From NCBI GenBank assembly GCA_964399075.1, contig CAYNPK010000004.1:1-60786 (forward strand): a stretch of DNA of 60,786 bases, in the 5' to 3' direction. Made by a program: the position numbers and the translations under genes. Under the pieces are notes generated by a model, which was not told the DNA's origin, did not search any database, and saw only the letters and a program-made list of their open reading frames with translations. How positions within the stretch are numbered: position 1 is the stretch's first letter; the number at the start of each line of letters is the position of its first letter. Source of the DNA: an uncultured Candidatus Saccharibacteria bacterium. GTDB taxonomy: Bacteria > Patescibacteriota > Minisyncoccia > Phycocordibacterales > JACOZG01. Of this stretch, positions 1 through 10,029 are shown piece after piece.

Positions 1-200
1 AATGAAGCGTCGGAACCAAAACCAAAAATTTTCCTTTCCATTTTTTGCCGGCTCCCCCCACACCCCCCGCCGAAAAAGGAATTGTAAGGAAATTTTTGGT
101 TTTGGGATCGCGACCGAAGGGAGCGTGCGAGGCGCAAATGTCATTCGTCAAAATCCTGCGGATTTTGCCCGAAATACATTCGAACTTCGTCCAATACACA

Positions 201-321
201 CCGCCAAAATTGGAAAACGGAATCAGAAGCCGAAATGGGGTCGGCGCGAAGCGCCGACACAAACGCATTCCCGCCAAAAATTCCTGAATCCAAAAGGTTT
301 TTCCACGCTCCGCGTGGCTCA
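201..321 (-). repeat. Left copy of 121-bp inverted repeat (attP-like arm plus core TTGGCGG)
   Basis: Reverse complement of 1722-1842 with one mismatch (aagg vs aaag), aligned by eye. Confidence 0.93.
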
Positions 322-342
322 CTCGTTTACCAATACAATTCT

Positions 343-1866
343 ATGAATAATCAAACCAAAAAGTTTTTCATATACACTCGCAAGTCTACGGACGACAAAG
401 ACAGACAAGTCCGCAGTATTGCAGACCAACTTTCAGAGTTAAAAGAGTTAGCGTTGAAAGAACAACTGGAAGTGGTAGATGTCTTTGTCGAAAAGCAGAC
501 CGCCAAAATACCAGGTCGCCCGGTGTTTGGTGAAATGTTGGAGCGAATGGAAAAAGGCGAAGCGTCTGGTATTTTGGCGTGGCATCCCGATAGACTTGCT
601 CGCAACTCGGTAGATGGAGGAAAAGTCATCTACCTCGTTGACACTGGTGTCATTTCAGAAATGAAATTCCCAACTTTTTGGTTTGATCCGACACCGCAAG
701 GCAAGTTTATGCTTTCAATCGCTTTTTCGCAGTCCAAGTATTATGTGGACAATTTGAGCGAAAATATTAAGCGTGGACATAGAAACAAAGTGAAAGAAGG
801 AATATGGCCTCAAATGTCGCCACTTGGCTATGTGAATAAAAACAAGCGTATTGTGCCAGACCCTGAAATTGCTCCACTTATTAAAAAGACATTTGAGGCA
901 TATGCAACTGGTAATTTCACTTTGCGACAACTACGAGATAAGTTTAACGAACTTGGATTGAAGCGAAAAAGCGGAAAGGAACTTGCGGTGTCGAATTATC
1001 AAAAACTTCTCAAAAATCCTATCTATACCGGATTGATGAAATATAATGGTGAGATTTTTGAGGGAAAGCACGAACCGATTATCACAAAGAAACTTTTTGA
1101 TTCTGTTCAGGAAGTGATGATGAGAAAATCTAAACCGAAGTCTCGCGGATTGAAACCATATTTGTATCGCGGATTTTTCCGTTGCGGAGAATGTGGTTGC
1201 TTCATTACCACCGAGACGCAGAAAGGTCATAACTATTTGCGATGCACCAAGCGGAAAAATCCTTGCTCACAAAAATATACTCGTGAAGAAATCATCACTT
1301 CCGAAATTCAAAAGGAAATCAAAAAAGTTTCTTTGCCAGACGATTGGGCTAAATGGATGTTAGCGGAAAATGAAAAAGACAAATTGGTGGAAGCCCAATC
1401 GTCTACGCTTTTTGCCGACAACACAAAATCCGAAATCTCTCTTTTGGATTCCAAGATTGAGAAGCTGATGAATGCGTATCTTGAAAGTGCGTTGTCGCTT
1501 GAAGAATATCGAGATATGAAAAATAAACTTGTGAACGAAAAACAGCTTCTCAAAGAGAAATTATCGGCTTTTGAGCAAAAAGCGAATAATCGGTTCGAAC
1601 TTACCGAAAAGTTTTTGAAATTCAATGTGGAATTGGCAAACGAGTGTATAAATGAAGAAAAACTTCATTTATACAAAAAAGTCGGTTCGAACTTTCAAAT
1701 TAAGGATCGAACCGTCTTTTTTGAGCCACGCGGAGCGTGGAAAAACTTTTTGGATTCAGGAATTTTTGGCGGGAATGCGTTTGTGTCGGCGCTTCGCGCC
1801 GACCCCATTTCGGCTTCTGATTCCGTTTTCCAATTTTGGCGGAGGGTAAGGGATTCGAACCCTTGA
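343..1866 (+). CDS. Large serine recombinase (resolvase + recombinase + zinc-ribbon/coiled-coil)
   Basis: N-terminal YTRKSTDD...S catalytic motif, PLGY and LLKNPIYTG recombinase motifs, CGECG...C...C zinc ribbon. Likely start is ATG 343; the ORF extension to 235 is repeat sequence. The 3' end overlaps tRNA-Ser antisense. Confidence 0.92.
   Translation: MNNQTKKFFIYTRKSTDDKDRQVRSIADQLSELKELALKEQLEVVDVFVEKQTAKIPGRPVFGEMLERMEKGEASGILAWHPDRLARNSVDGGKVIYLVDTGVISEMKFPTFWFDPTPQGKFMLSIAFSQSKYYVDNLSENIKRGHRNKVKEGIWPQMSPLGYVNKNKRIVPDPEIAPLIKKTFEAYATGNFTLRQLRDKFNELGLKRKSGKELAVSNYQKLLKNPIYTGLMKYNGEIFEGKHEPIITKKLFDSVQEVMMRKSKPKSRGLKPYLYRGFFRCGECGCFITTETQKGHNYLRCTKRKNPCSQKYTREEIITSEIQKEIKKVSLPDDWAKWMLAENEKDKLVEAQSSTLFADNTKSEISLLDSKIEKLMNAYLESALSLEEYRDMKNKLVNEKQLLKEKLSAFEQKANNRFELTEKFLKFNVELANECINEEKLHLYKKVGSNFQIKDRTVFFEPRGAWKNFLDSGIFGGNAFVSALRADPISASDSVFQFWRRVRDSNP
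1722..1842 (+). repeat. Right copy of 121-bp inverted repeat, ending in the att core shared with the tRNA-Ser 3' end
   Basis: Lies inside the recombinase 3' end; TTTTGGCGG is the antisense of the tRNA end CCGCCA. Confidence 0.93.
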
Positions 1867-1924
1867 TGCCTTTCGACATACACGCTTTCCAAGCGTGCGC
1901 ACTAGACCGCTATGCGAACCCTCC
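1837..1924 (-). tRNA. tRNA-Ser(GGA)
   Basis: GGAGGGT acceptor stem, CACGC-TTGGAAA-GCGTG anticodon arm, long variable arm, GGTTCGAATCC T-arm, encoded CCA. Confidence 0.96.
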
Positions 1925-1949
1925 TTTTTTTATGAACCACTCCAAAACA

Positions 1950-2834
1950 TCACATCCCTCGTAAGGCCTTTATTCTCTCGGTGGTGGGAGGATGAGTCAA
2001 GAACAGTTTATGCAGACCCTGTCGGGCAGAAGAGCCGAAGGGGTTAGAAATAAACAAGTGCGCAGTGGCATTGGAAGCCTTTCTAAGTGGAATATTTTGA
2101 CCACTGATTTTTTCCAAAGCGGAAGCTAGGCCATCTGGATAGCGAGTCAAGAGAGCGCCAGAAGCGTCAGCTAGAAATTCGCGCTTCCGAGAAATCGCTA
2201 ACTGAATCAACATCGCCACAATCGGAGTCAAAATCGCCAAGACGATGCCGATAATCAAAATTGCTCCACCACCCTTGCTATCACTCCGACCTCGACTGCC
2301 AAAAATTTGCGACCGCAAGAAGATATCAGAGAGAATTGCTACCATGCCCATCAAGACCACCACGACTGTCTGCAAGAGCATGTCCCTATTGCCGATGTGA
2401 GCAAGCTCATGAGCCACCACTCCCTCCAACTCCGAGCGATCAAGCAGTCGGAGCAGGCCAGTGGTCACCGCCACCACGCCATGCTTGGGATCACGCCCGG
2501 TGGCAAAAGCGTTCGGCGATGGATCATCAATAACATAAAGTTTAGGCATCGGCAAACCGGCTGTGATGGAGAGATTCTCGGCGACAGTGTAGAAATCAAA
2601 GAATTCTTGCCGATCGGCTGGTCGAGCGCCGGTTAGTTTAAGAACAATTTTATCCGAATACCAATAACTGAAAAAGTTCATCCAGAGGCTAAAGATAACC
2701 GCAATATAGAGAATCGCGCGAGTTTCGTAAATCTCGCTAATCACCCAACCCAAACCAATTACTAAGACTAGAAAGATAGTCATTAGCAACCAAGTTTTGC
2801 GAATATTTTGATCTTGATGCGTATAGAGGGTCAT
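1950..2834 (-). CDS. htpX: M48 zinc metalloprotease HtpX
   Basis: PNAFATG, HELAH (HExxH), REFLAD, LFLTHPP motifs; downstream of lemA. Confidence 0.93.
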   Translation of the reverse strand: MTLYTHQDQNIRKTWLLMTIFLVLVIGLGWVISEIYETRAILYIAVIFSLWMNFFSYWYSDKIVLKLTGARPADRQEFFDFYTVAENLSITAGLPMPKLYVIDDPSPNAFATGRDPKHGVVAVTTGLLRLLDRSELEGVVAHELAHIGNRDMLLQTVVVVLMGMVAILSDIFLRSQIFGSRGRSDSKGGGAILIIGIVLAILTPIVAMLIQLAISRKREFLADASGALLTRYPDGLASALEKISGQNIPLRKASNATAHLFISNPFGSSARQGLHKLFLTHPPTTERIKALRGM

Positions 2835-2843
2835 CTATTAGAA

Positions 2844-3392
2844 CTAGAACTTCACCTCCACAGGCTGACGAGTAGCGACTTCTTCCAATTCGAAGAACTC
2901 CCGAGTCTTGAATTTAAACATGTTAGCCACCACATTGTCCGGGAAACTCTGAACCCTGATATTAAGATCACGAACATTGCTATTGTAGAAGCGTCGTGAG
3001 GCTTGAATCTTATTTTCCGTATCAGACAACTCGCGCTGAAGCTCAAGAAAGTTCTGATTAGCCTTGAGATCCGGGTAAGCTTCGGAAACGGCAAATAGCG
3101 ACTTGAGAGCTCCGGTTAACATATTTTCCGCTTGGCCGTGCTCGGCCGGAGTTTGAGCTTGCATCGCCTTAGATCTGGCCTCGGTTACCTTCTCAAACAC
3201 ACCCTGCTCATGAGTGGCGTAACCTTTAACTGTGTTAACTAAATTGGGAATCAAATCATAACGACGCTTCATCTGAACTTCGATATCAGACCAAGCTTCT
3301 GTTGAGCGATTATTAAGACTAATAAACCGATTATAAGTAAAAACGAACCACAACACGACAACGACAACGATACCTAAAATAATGTAAGTCAT
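2844..3392 (-). CDS. lemA: LemA family protein
   Basis: N-terminal TM helix, WSDIEVQMKRRYDLIPNLV, EAYPDLKANQNF. Confidence 0.95.
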   Translation of the reverse strand: MTYIILGIVVVVVLWFVFTYNRFISLNNRSTEAWSDIEVQMKRRYDLIPNLVNTVKGYATHEQGVFEKVTEARSKAMQAQTPAEHGQAENMLTGALKSLFAVSEAYPDLKANQNFLELQRELSDTENKIQASRRFYNSNVRDLNIRVQSFPDNVVANMFKFKTREFFELEEVATRQPVEVKF

Positions 3393-3434
3393 GATAATAA
3401 TTAACTATTAAATAACTAATAATTTAAATCAACC

Positions 3435-4007
3435 TCACTGATCGGCAATACTGGCCGGATCAAAAGACTCGCCGTTTAGAAAATAGCGAACGCTCTGGAC
3501 GGAATCAAATTGTTTGACCAGCGCCTCAAGCTGGATCGCCGGCAATGGGTCGTAACAAGTACCAACGCCAGTTAGCGAACCTTCTAAGTAGATAGAAGCG
3601 ACGCCGTTCTCAATACTTGCCTGGAGATAACGCAGGGGAGGAAATTCCGTTTTAGTAATCTGATAACCGATAGGATTCTGATACGAGACGCCATCAATTG
3701 ATACCGGATCAGGTAGAGAAAAAAGCTCCATCAGAGTAGCGTCGATAAGCGAGATGCTTGGCGTTACCTCACGAGTAAGCCAGTTTAATTTTACCCCACA
3801 GACAATATCGCCACCTTCCGTAAAAAGTGGAATCTGAACTGAATCAAAAGTAACCACTTGACCACCGGGAGGTGTTACCGGAATCGGTAATTCTTCTTCT
3901 TGTTCAATCGGTTCAGTCGAACGAAAATAATAAGTACTGCCACCCAGAAGTAGCACGGCAACAACTAATAAAACTAACCCTCCCACCAAACCTGATTGTT
4001 TTATCAT
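3435..4007 (-). CDS. Membrane-anchored GerMN-domain protein
   Basis: N-terminal TM helix; C-terminal G.C...IQLEALVKQFDSVQSVRYFLNG resembles GerMN. Confidence 0.6.
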   Translation of the reverse strand: MIKQSGLVGGLVLLVVAVLLLGGSTYYFRSTEPIEQEEELPIPVTPPGGQVVTFDSVQIPLFTEGGDIVCGVKLNWLTREVTPSISLIDATLMELFSLPDPVSIDGVSYQNPIGYQITKTEFPPLRYLQASIENGVASIYLEGSLTGVGTCYDPLPAIQLEALVKQFDSVQSVRYFLNGESFDPASIADQ

Positions 4008-4039
4008 TAGTTAATTATAGCACGAGAATCTAGGAGATT

Positions 4040-5704
4040 CTAATAGTCCATCCCCATACCACCGGGCATTCCCCCACCCATACCACTGGGCATTGGCTTG
4101 TCTTCTTTAGGATCGTCAACAATAGCCACTTCCGTGGTGAGGAGAATAGCGGCGGCGGAGGCGGCGCGCTCAATCCCCGTCCTAGCCACCTTAACCGGAT
4201 CAATAATGCCAGCCGTAAACATATCAGCTACAATTTTATCAGCATTAGCGTCATAGCCCTCATTATTTTTGCCATTTCTAATCCGATCAACAATTACTTC
4301 GCCATCGTCCTTGCCGGCATTAATGGCAATCTGACGCAAGGGAGATTCTAGAGCTTTAAGCAAAATTCTAACACCAACTTGAAACTCATCGGCAATATCA
4401 GCTGATGGCGGTTTAAGAGTTTTACCGGACACAATGGCGCTCGCTCTCACCAGAGCTGTTCCGCCACCGGTAACAATACCTTCTTCAATCGCCGCCTTGG
4501 TAGCTTCCACAGCGTCTTCTATTTTTAATTTTTTGTATTTCATATCCGCCTCGGTAGCGGCGCCAACTTTAATTACCGCCACCCCACCGGAGAGTTTACC
4601 TAAACGTTCCTTTAATTTATCCTTGTCATATTGAGAATCTGACCGCTCAATTTGAGCTCTAATCTGGGTAATCCGCGTGTCAATGTCAGACTTTTTGCCA
4701 CTGCCACCAATAATCGTGGTGTTATCTTTAGTCGCCACAATGCGTCGCGCTCGTCCAAGCATTTTTATTTCAGCATTTTCTAATTTCAAACCAACCTCTT
4801 CAGAGACAACTTGCCCGCCAGTCAAAATAGCAATATCTTCTAACATTTCTTTGCGCTTATCACCATAGCCCGGCGCCTTGATTGCCAAAGTGTTGAAGGT
4901 GCCTCGAATTTTATTAACCACCAAGGTGGCTAGAGCTTCGCCGTCGATATCTTCCGCAATGATAACCAAATCCTTCTGACCGCGATTGGCTAATTTCTCC
5001 AACAAAGGCAAAACTTCTTTTACTGTTGAGATCTTCTTGTCGGTTAATAAGATAAAAGGATCGCGGTAAGTCGCCTCCATCCGCTCGGCATCAGTAATCA
5101 TGTAAGGCGACACGTAACCCTTATCAAACTGCATCCCTTCTACCAATTCTGACTCAACACCAAATGATTGGGATTCTTCCACGGTCACAACGCCGTCTTT
5201 GCCAACTTTATCAATCGCTTCGGCAATAATTTCGCCAAATTCAGCGGATTCGGCTGAAATTGTGGCCACTTGTTTAATCTCTTGTTTTTGTTTAATTGGC
5301 TTAGCTAGAGACTTAAGCGCTACCACTGCCTCGGCAGCAGCAGCCTCAATACCCAACTTAACCCCCATGGCGTTAACGCCAAGAGTGGTTTTCTTGAAGC
5401 CTTCATTAATCAACGCTTGAGTAAGAATTACTGCCGTGGTCGTGCCGTCACCGGCAATTTCATTAGTTTTGGAAGCGACTTCTTTAACAATTTCCGAGCC
5501 CATATTTTCAATCTTATCCTTCAGAGAAATTTCTTTAGCAATAGAAACACCGTCGTTAGTAATAGTTGGCGAACCGTAGCCCTTATCCAAAATAACATTG
5601 CGTCCTTTGGGACCAATGGTCACTCGCACGGCGTTAGCGGCGGCGTCAACGCCCCGCTTTAGCGCCTGCCTAGCCGTGTCACCGAAAATAATTTGTTTAG
5701 ACAT
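4040..5704 (-). CDS. groEL: Chaperonin GroEL
   Basis: [28 protein letters not shown]-rich tail. Confidence 0.99.
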   Translation of the reverse strand: MSKQIIFGDTARQALKRGVDAAANAVRVTIGPKGRNVILDKGYGSPTITNDGVSIAKEISLKDKIENMGSEIVKEVASKTNEIAGDGTTTAVILTQALINEGFKKTTLGVNAMGVKLGIEAAAAEAVVALKSLAKPIKQKQEIKQVATISAESAEFGEIIAEAIDKVGKDGVVTVEESQSFGVESELVEGMQFDKGYVSPYMITDAERMEATYRDPFILLTDKKISTVKEVLPLLEKLANRGQKDLVIIAEDIDGEALATLVVNKIRGTFNTLAIKAPGYGDKRKEMLEDIAILTGGQVVSEEVGLKLENAEIKMLGRARRIVATKDNTTIIGGSGKKSDIDTRITQIRAQIERSDSQYDKDKLKERLGKLSGGVAVIKVGAATEADMKYKKLKIEDAVEATKAAIEEGIVTGGGTALVRASAIVSGKTLKPPSADIADEFQVGVRILLKALESPLRQIAINAGKDDGEVIVDRIRNGKNNEGYDANADKIVADMFTAGIIDPVKVARTGIERAASAAAILLTTEVAIVDDPKEDKPMPSGMGGGMPGGMGMDY

Positions 5705-5725
5705 AATTAAAAATTAAAATAATTA

Positions 5726-6043
5726 TTATTCAATTACAGCAAGAATATTGCTTTCGCTAATAATATAATACTCCTTACCGTCAACCTTAATCTCATCCGG
5801 ACCATACTTAGAAAAGATGATGGTCTCGCCCTTTTTCACCGAAACTGGAATTAATTTGCCATCATCAGTCAAACGACCCGGGCCAACGGCAATCACCTTG
5901 CCCTGTTCACCTCTCTCTTTATTAACGGTCTCCGGAATAATAATCCCACTGGCGGTTTTGCCTTTCTCATCTTGATTAAGCACCTCCACCAACACTCGAT
6001 CACCGAGGGGCCTAATAGAAGTTTTTTTACTTGTATTACTCAT
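5726..6043 (-). CDS. groES: Co-chaperonin GroES
   Basis: IRPLGDRVLV, TASGIIIP, GKVIAVGPG. Confidence 0.98.
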   Translation of the reverse strand: MSNTSKKTSIRPLGDRVLVEVLNQDEKGKTASGIIIPETVNKERGEQGKVIAVGPGRLTDDGKLIPVSVKKGETIIFSKYGPDEIKVDGKEYYIISESNILAVIE

Positions 6044-6080
6044 GAATATGCAATATATTTTAATCTAATAATGAGCCTCT

Positions 6081-6108
6081 ATTATAATGCTAAAAATGAC
6101 CGTGTCAA
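6081..6108 (-). promoter_or_regulatory. Sigma70-type promoter for groES-groEL
   Basis: TTGACA-16 bp-TATAAT on the minus strand upstream of groES. Confidence 0.7.
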
Positions 6109-6190
6109 TAAGAGTTTTAGCAAAACTTGCATTGTTTTTACAATTTGTTATTATTGACAGCAAGTTTAAGACAAAAAAATCACACTGTTT

Positions 6191-6418
6191 ATGAACATCC
6201 TCGCCAGTGTTTTACCTTGGTTGCAAATAATCTTTGCAGTCCTTCTGGTAACAACAATATTATTACAACAAAACGAATCCAGCTTGGGTAGCGCCTTCGG
6301 CGGTTCCAGTGGGGACTTCTCTCGAGCGAAACGAGGATTAGAAAAACAACTTTTCCACGCGACGATTGTCTTAGCTCTTTTATTTGTCACGGTTAGCATT
6401 ATTGTCTTGTTTATCTAA
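6191..6418 (+). CDS. secG: Preprotein translocase subunit SecG
   Basis: Two TM helices around LLQQNESSLGSAFGG...KRGLEK. Confidence 0.88.
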   Translation: MNILASVLPWLQIIFAVLLVTTILLQQNESSLGSAFGGSSGDFSRAKRGLEKQLFHATIVLALLFVTVSIIVLFI

Positions 6419-6513
6419 TTATCTAACTATTTTACTTTATTTTACTTGACCGATTCTATTTTCTTTCTTCTTTAATAAAATAAATTAAATTAAATTAAAT
6501 AACAAAAAACATC

Positions 6514-8253
6514 GTGAAATTATTACCGACTAGCAACGAGGTAGCTCTAACCCTACAGACCTTACCCAAGAAACACAGGGCTTGGCTAATTATCGCTGGG
6601 CTAATTTTTATCGTTGCCCTTTTGGGAATATTATTCCAATTCAGTCTCAACTTTTCCGAAACAGTTGCCGGACAAGGTGGCAAACTAACAGAAGGAATAA
6701 TTGGTACCCCAAGATTTATTAATCCCCTTCTAGCCAGTGCTGATGCTGATCGCGATTTAACAACCCTGATTTATTCCGGACTAATGCGCGTCTCTAGTGA
6801 CAATAATTTAATCCCAGATTTAGCCGAGCGTTACGAGGTGTCAGAAGATGGTTTAACCTACACTTTTTATCTACGCGAGAATTTATCTTGGCATGATGGC
6901 AAACCTCTAACGACCGATGATGTTGAATTTACTATTACTAAAGCCAAAGACTCGCTCTTACGAAGTCCGCGGAGAGGCAATTGGGAAGGAGTTGAAATAG
7001 AAAAAGTCAGCTCTAAAGAAATTAAATTTAAACTCTCTCAACCTTATACTCTATTTCTGGAGAATACCACGATTGGTATCTTGCCTAAGCACATTTGGGA
7101 CAACCTCTCAACCGATATCTTCACGGTCAGTCAATTTAACATTCAGCCAATCGGCTCCGGCCCTTATCAGGTCAAAAAAATCGCTTTAAACAATTTAGGT
7201 ATTCCTTATTATTACGACCTAGAACCATTTGACGGCTTTGCTTTAGGAAAACCCAAGATCGAACGCTTACGATTACGTTTTTACCCCAACGAAGAAGCCC
7301 TAATGGACGCTTACCAACATAAAGAAATAGATAATCTAAGCTCTGTTTCCGCTCAAAATATTAATGTATTAAATAACACCAGAACAAAAATCGTTGAATC
7401 TATCCTGCCAAGAACTTTTGCGATTTTCTTAAACCAAAACAAGGCGATAATCCTAGCCAATCATGAAGTGCGCGAAGCCTTAGATTTAGTCATAGACAGA
7501 CAAGAGATCGTAGATCAGATTCTCCAAGGTCATGGCAAACCACTAACTGGGCCATTGCCACTCTATGATAATGAGAATAATGAAATCGAGGCAGAACAAA
7601 TAACAACAGCAGAGCGACTGGAACAAGCGCGGACTCTACTCCAGAGACGAGACTGGGAATGGAACGAGGACGAAGCGGTCTGGCAAAAAGAAATAGATGG
7701 CAGTGTTACCGATTTGGCTATTTCTCTAACAACCGCTGAAACACCGGAACTGAAAGCAACAGCAGAAATGATTAAAGAGATTTGGGAGGAATTAGGAGTG
7801 AAAGTTACTTTAAATATTTATGAGATTGGCGATCTTAATTTAAATATCATCAGAACTAGACAATATGAGGCTCTCCTCTTCGGACAAATCATCGGACAGA
7901 AACCGGATCTCTTCCCCTTCTGGCATTCAAGTCAAAGACTAGACCCCGGACTCAACATCGCCCTCTACACCAACAGTCAAGTTGATAAATTACTAGGAGA
8001 AATTCGCGGATCAACTAGCGAAGAAACTGAAGTTGAAAATTATCAAGAAGTTATTAACAAAATTAATCAGGATATTCCCGCCATCTTTCTGTATTCCCCT
8101 CACTTTCTTTATGCCACTTCGACAAAAGTCAAACAGATAGCCGTTCCTATTATTAATAATCCAGCCGATCGCTTCCTTGCTGTCCACGAGTGGTACATCA
8201 ATACTGATCGAGTTTGGAAATTGTTCGTTAATGAAAATAATAAAACAAAATAA
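6514..8253 (+). CDS. ABC peptide/nickel-type substrate-binding protein (family 5), membrane-anchored
   Basis: LIYSGL, PDLAERYEVSEDGLTYTFYLR, WHDGKPLT, PIGSGPY motifs. Confidence 0.88.
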   Translation: MKLLPTSNEVALTLQTLPKKHRAWLIIAGLIFIVALLGILFQFSLNFSETVAGQGGKLTEGIIGTPRFINPLLASADADRDLTTLIYSGLMRVSSDNNLIPDLAERYEVSEDGLTYTFYLRENLSWHDGKPLTTDDVEFTITKAKDSLLRSPRRGNWEGVEIEKVSSKEIKFKLSQPYTLFLENTTIGILPKHIWDNLSTDIFTVSQFNIQPIGSGPYQVKKIALNNLGIPYYYDLEPFDGFALGKPKIERLRLRFYPNEEALMDAYQHKEIDNLSSVSAQNINVLNNTRTKIVESILPRTFAIFLNQNKAIILANHEVREALDLVIDRQEIVDQILQGHGKPLTGPLPLYDNENNEIEAEQITTAERLEQARTLLQRRDWEWNEDEAVWQKEIDGSVTDLAISLTTAETPELKATAEMIKEIWEELGVKVTLNIYEIGDLNLNIIRTRQYEALLFGQIIGQKPDLFPFWHSSQRLDPGLNIALYTNSQVDKLLGEIRGSTSEETEVENYQEVINKINQDIPAIFLYSPHFLYATSTKVKQIAVPIINNPADRFLAVHEWYINTDRVWKLFVNENNKTK

Positions 8254-8258
8254 AAAAT

Positions 8259-10022
8259 ATGCACCCACGTTCAACCAAACCAAGGCCAGTTTCTGGCCAC
8301 AGTAAGCCTGGTCAAACAACAGTAATGAAAATTCCGCCACTAGCCACTGGCGATATTCGGATTATTCCACTCGGTGGCGTGGAAGAGATTGGGAAAAATA
8401 TGACCGTAATCGAATTCGGTAATGACATTATCATCGTCGATGCTGGTCTAAAATTTGCTGATGAGGATACGCCAGGCATTGACTACCTCATACCCGACAC
8501 TACTTATCTGGAAGAAAATAAAGAAAAAATCCGCGGAGTAGTTATTACTCATGGACACTTAGATCACATCGGCGGATTGCCCTATATCTTGCCAAGAATT
8601 GGCAATCCGCCGGTTTATACCAGAAATTTAACTGGGATCATGCTTCAAAAGCGCCAAGAAGAATTCCCCCATCTACCTAAACTTCAACTCAATATTGTGG
8701 AAAATGAAGATAAGGTTCGTCTAGGAGAATTAACTTTGCGCTTCTTTAACGTTACCCACACTATTCCCGACGCGATGGGTATAATCGTGGAAACGCCCTA
8801 TGGCCTGATTGTGAATCCGGGCGACTTCAAACTCGAGCACGAGAATGGTGTCCCCACTGATCGAGAAGAAAAAAGTTACGAAATTTTCGACAAAGAACAA
8901 GTTTTGCTCCTAATGACTGACTCAACCAATGTGGAGAACCCGGGCTTTTCTATTTCCGAAAAAGAAGTCCACAAAAATCTGGAAGAAATAATCAAACAAG
9001 TTCAGGGTCGTTTATTTATTGGTTTATTTGCCTCACAACTAGAAAGAATTATTAAAGTGATTGAAATCGCCGAACGCTACGGACGTAAAGTGGTAGTAGA
9101 GGGACGAAGCATGAAAACGAATATTGAAGTGGCAATCCTAGCTGGACTTCTTAAAACCAAGAAAGACACTATCGTCGCCTCTTCAGAAGCCAGTGATTAT
9201 CCAGATAACAAACTATTAGTGTTAGCAACCGGCGCGCAAGGAGAAGAATTTGCCGCCATGATGCGAATGGCCACCAAAACTCACAAATTTTTGCGCTTCA
9301 CCAAGGGCGACACAGTTATCTTATCCTCATCAATCATTCCAGGTAACGACAAAATGGTAGAAAAACTTAAAGATAACATCGCCCGACAAGGAGCCAAGAT
9401 TATTCACTACCGCAGTTCCGAAGTTTATATCCACTCATCCGGCCACGGCAACCGTGAAGAAATTAGCTGGTTGCACAAGCGTTTGAAACCGCGCTTCCTT
9501 ATCCCCGTTCACGGCAACCATCATCGTCTGCGCATTCACGCCGATCTGGCAATCGAGAACGGCATTCCGGAAAAAAACATCATCGTACCCGACAACAGTA
9601 TGATTGTGGAGATCACCGACAAGGGACAAAAAATCGCCGCCCGGAAGGAAACCGCCTCCAACAAATTAATCATGGTGGACAATCTGGGATCAGACAGCGT
9701 TAAAGAAGTGGTCATTCGCGACCGACAAATGTTATCCCAAGATGGAATTTTCGTCATCATTACTCTGATCGATGTTAAAACTGGTAAAGTCCGCAAATCG
9801 CCTGATATCATTTCTCGAGGTTTTATCTATCTCAAAGAATCACAAGACTTATTGCGACAAGTCCGCATTATCACTAAGCGCAAAATTGAAGAGGCAACAA
9901 CTCAAATGCATCCAATCAATTTTGATTATGTGAAAAACATTATTCGGGAAGAAGTGGGTAAATACCTCTTCCAGAAAACTCACAACCGTCCAATTATCCT
10001 ACCGGTATTGATTGAAGTATAA
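8259..10022 (+). CDS. rnj: Ribonuclease J
   Basis: PLGGVEEIGKNM, THGHLDHIG, HSSGH, PVHG, RPIILPVLIEV. Confidence 0.96.
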   Translation: MHPRSTKPRPVSGHSKPGQTTVMKIPPLATGDIRIIPLGGVEEIGKNMTVIEFGNDIIIVDAGLKFADEDTPGIDYLIPDTTYLEENKEKIRGVVITHGHLDHIGGLPYILPRIGNPPVYTRNLTGIMLQKRQEEFPHLPKLQLNIVENEDKVRLGELTLRFFNVTHTIPDAMGIIVETPYGLIVNPGDFKLEHENGVPTDREEKSYEIFDKEQVLLLMTDSTNVENPGFSISEKEVHKNLEEIIKQVQGRLFIGLFASQLERIIKVIEIAERYGRKVVVEGRSMKTNIEVAILAGLLKTKKDTIVASSEASDYPDNKLLVLATGAQGEEFAAMMRMATKTHKFLRFTKGDTVILSSSIIPGNDKMVEKLKDNIARQGAKIIHYRSSEVYIHSSGHGNREEISWLHKRLKPRFLIPVHGNHHRLRIHADLAIENGIPEKNIIVPDNSMIVEITDKGQKIAARKETASNKLIMVDNLGSDSVKEVVIRDRQMLSQDGIFVIITLIDVKTGKVRKSPDIISRGFIYLKESQDLLRQVRIITKRKIEEATTQMHPINFDYVKNIIREEVGKYLFQKTHNRPIILPVLIEV

Positions 10023-10029
10023 TTAACTC

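Larger units (their letters stand above)
1..1842. mobile_element. End of an integrative element inserted at tRNA-Ser(GGA), continuing left of the window
   Basis: Serine recombinase abutting the tRNA 3' end; structured non-coding DNA at 1-340. Confidence 0.65.

Noticed and set aside
235-342. 36-aa N-terminal extension of the recombinase in the ORF track
   Set aside because: It is the inverted-repeat sequence read in frame; the resolvase domain begins right after ATG 343.
6085-6130. CIRCE operator upstream of groES
   Set aside because: TTAGCA half-like words are present but not the TTAGCACTC-N9-GAGTGCTAA arrangement.
6440-6510. Short AT repeats (taaat/taaatt) before the substrate-binding gene
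   Set aside because: Low-complexity AT-rich intergenic DNA with no defined unit.
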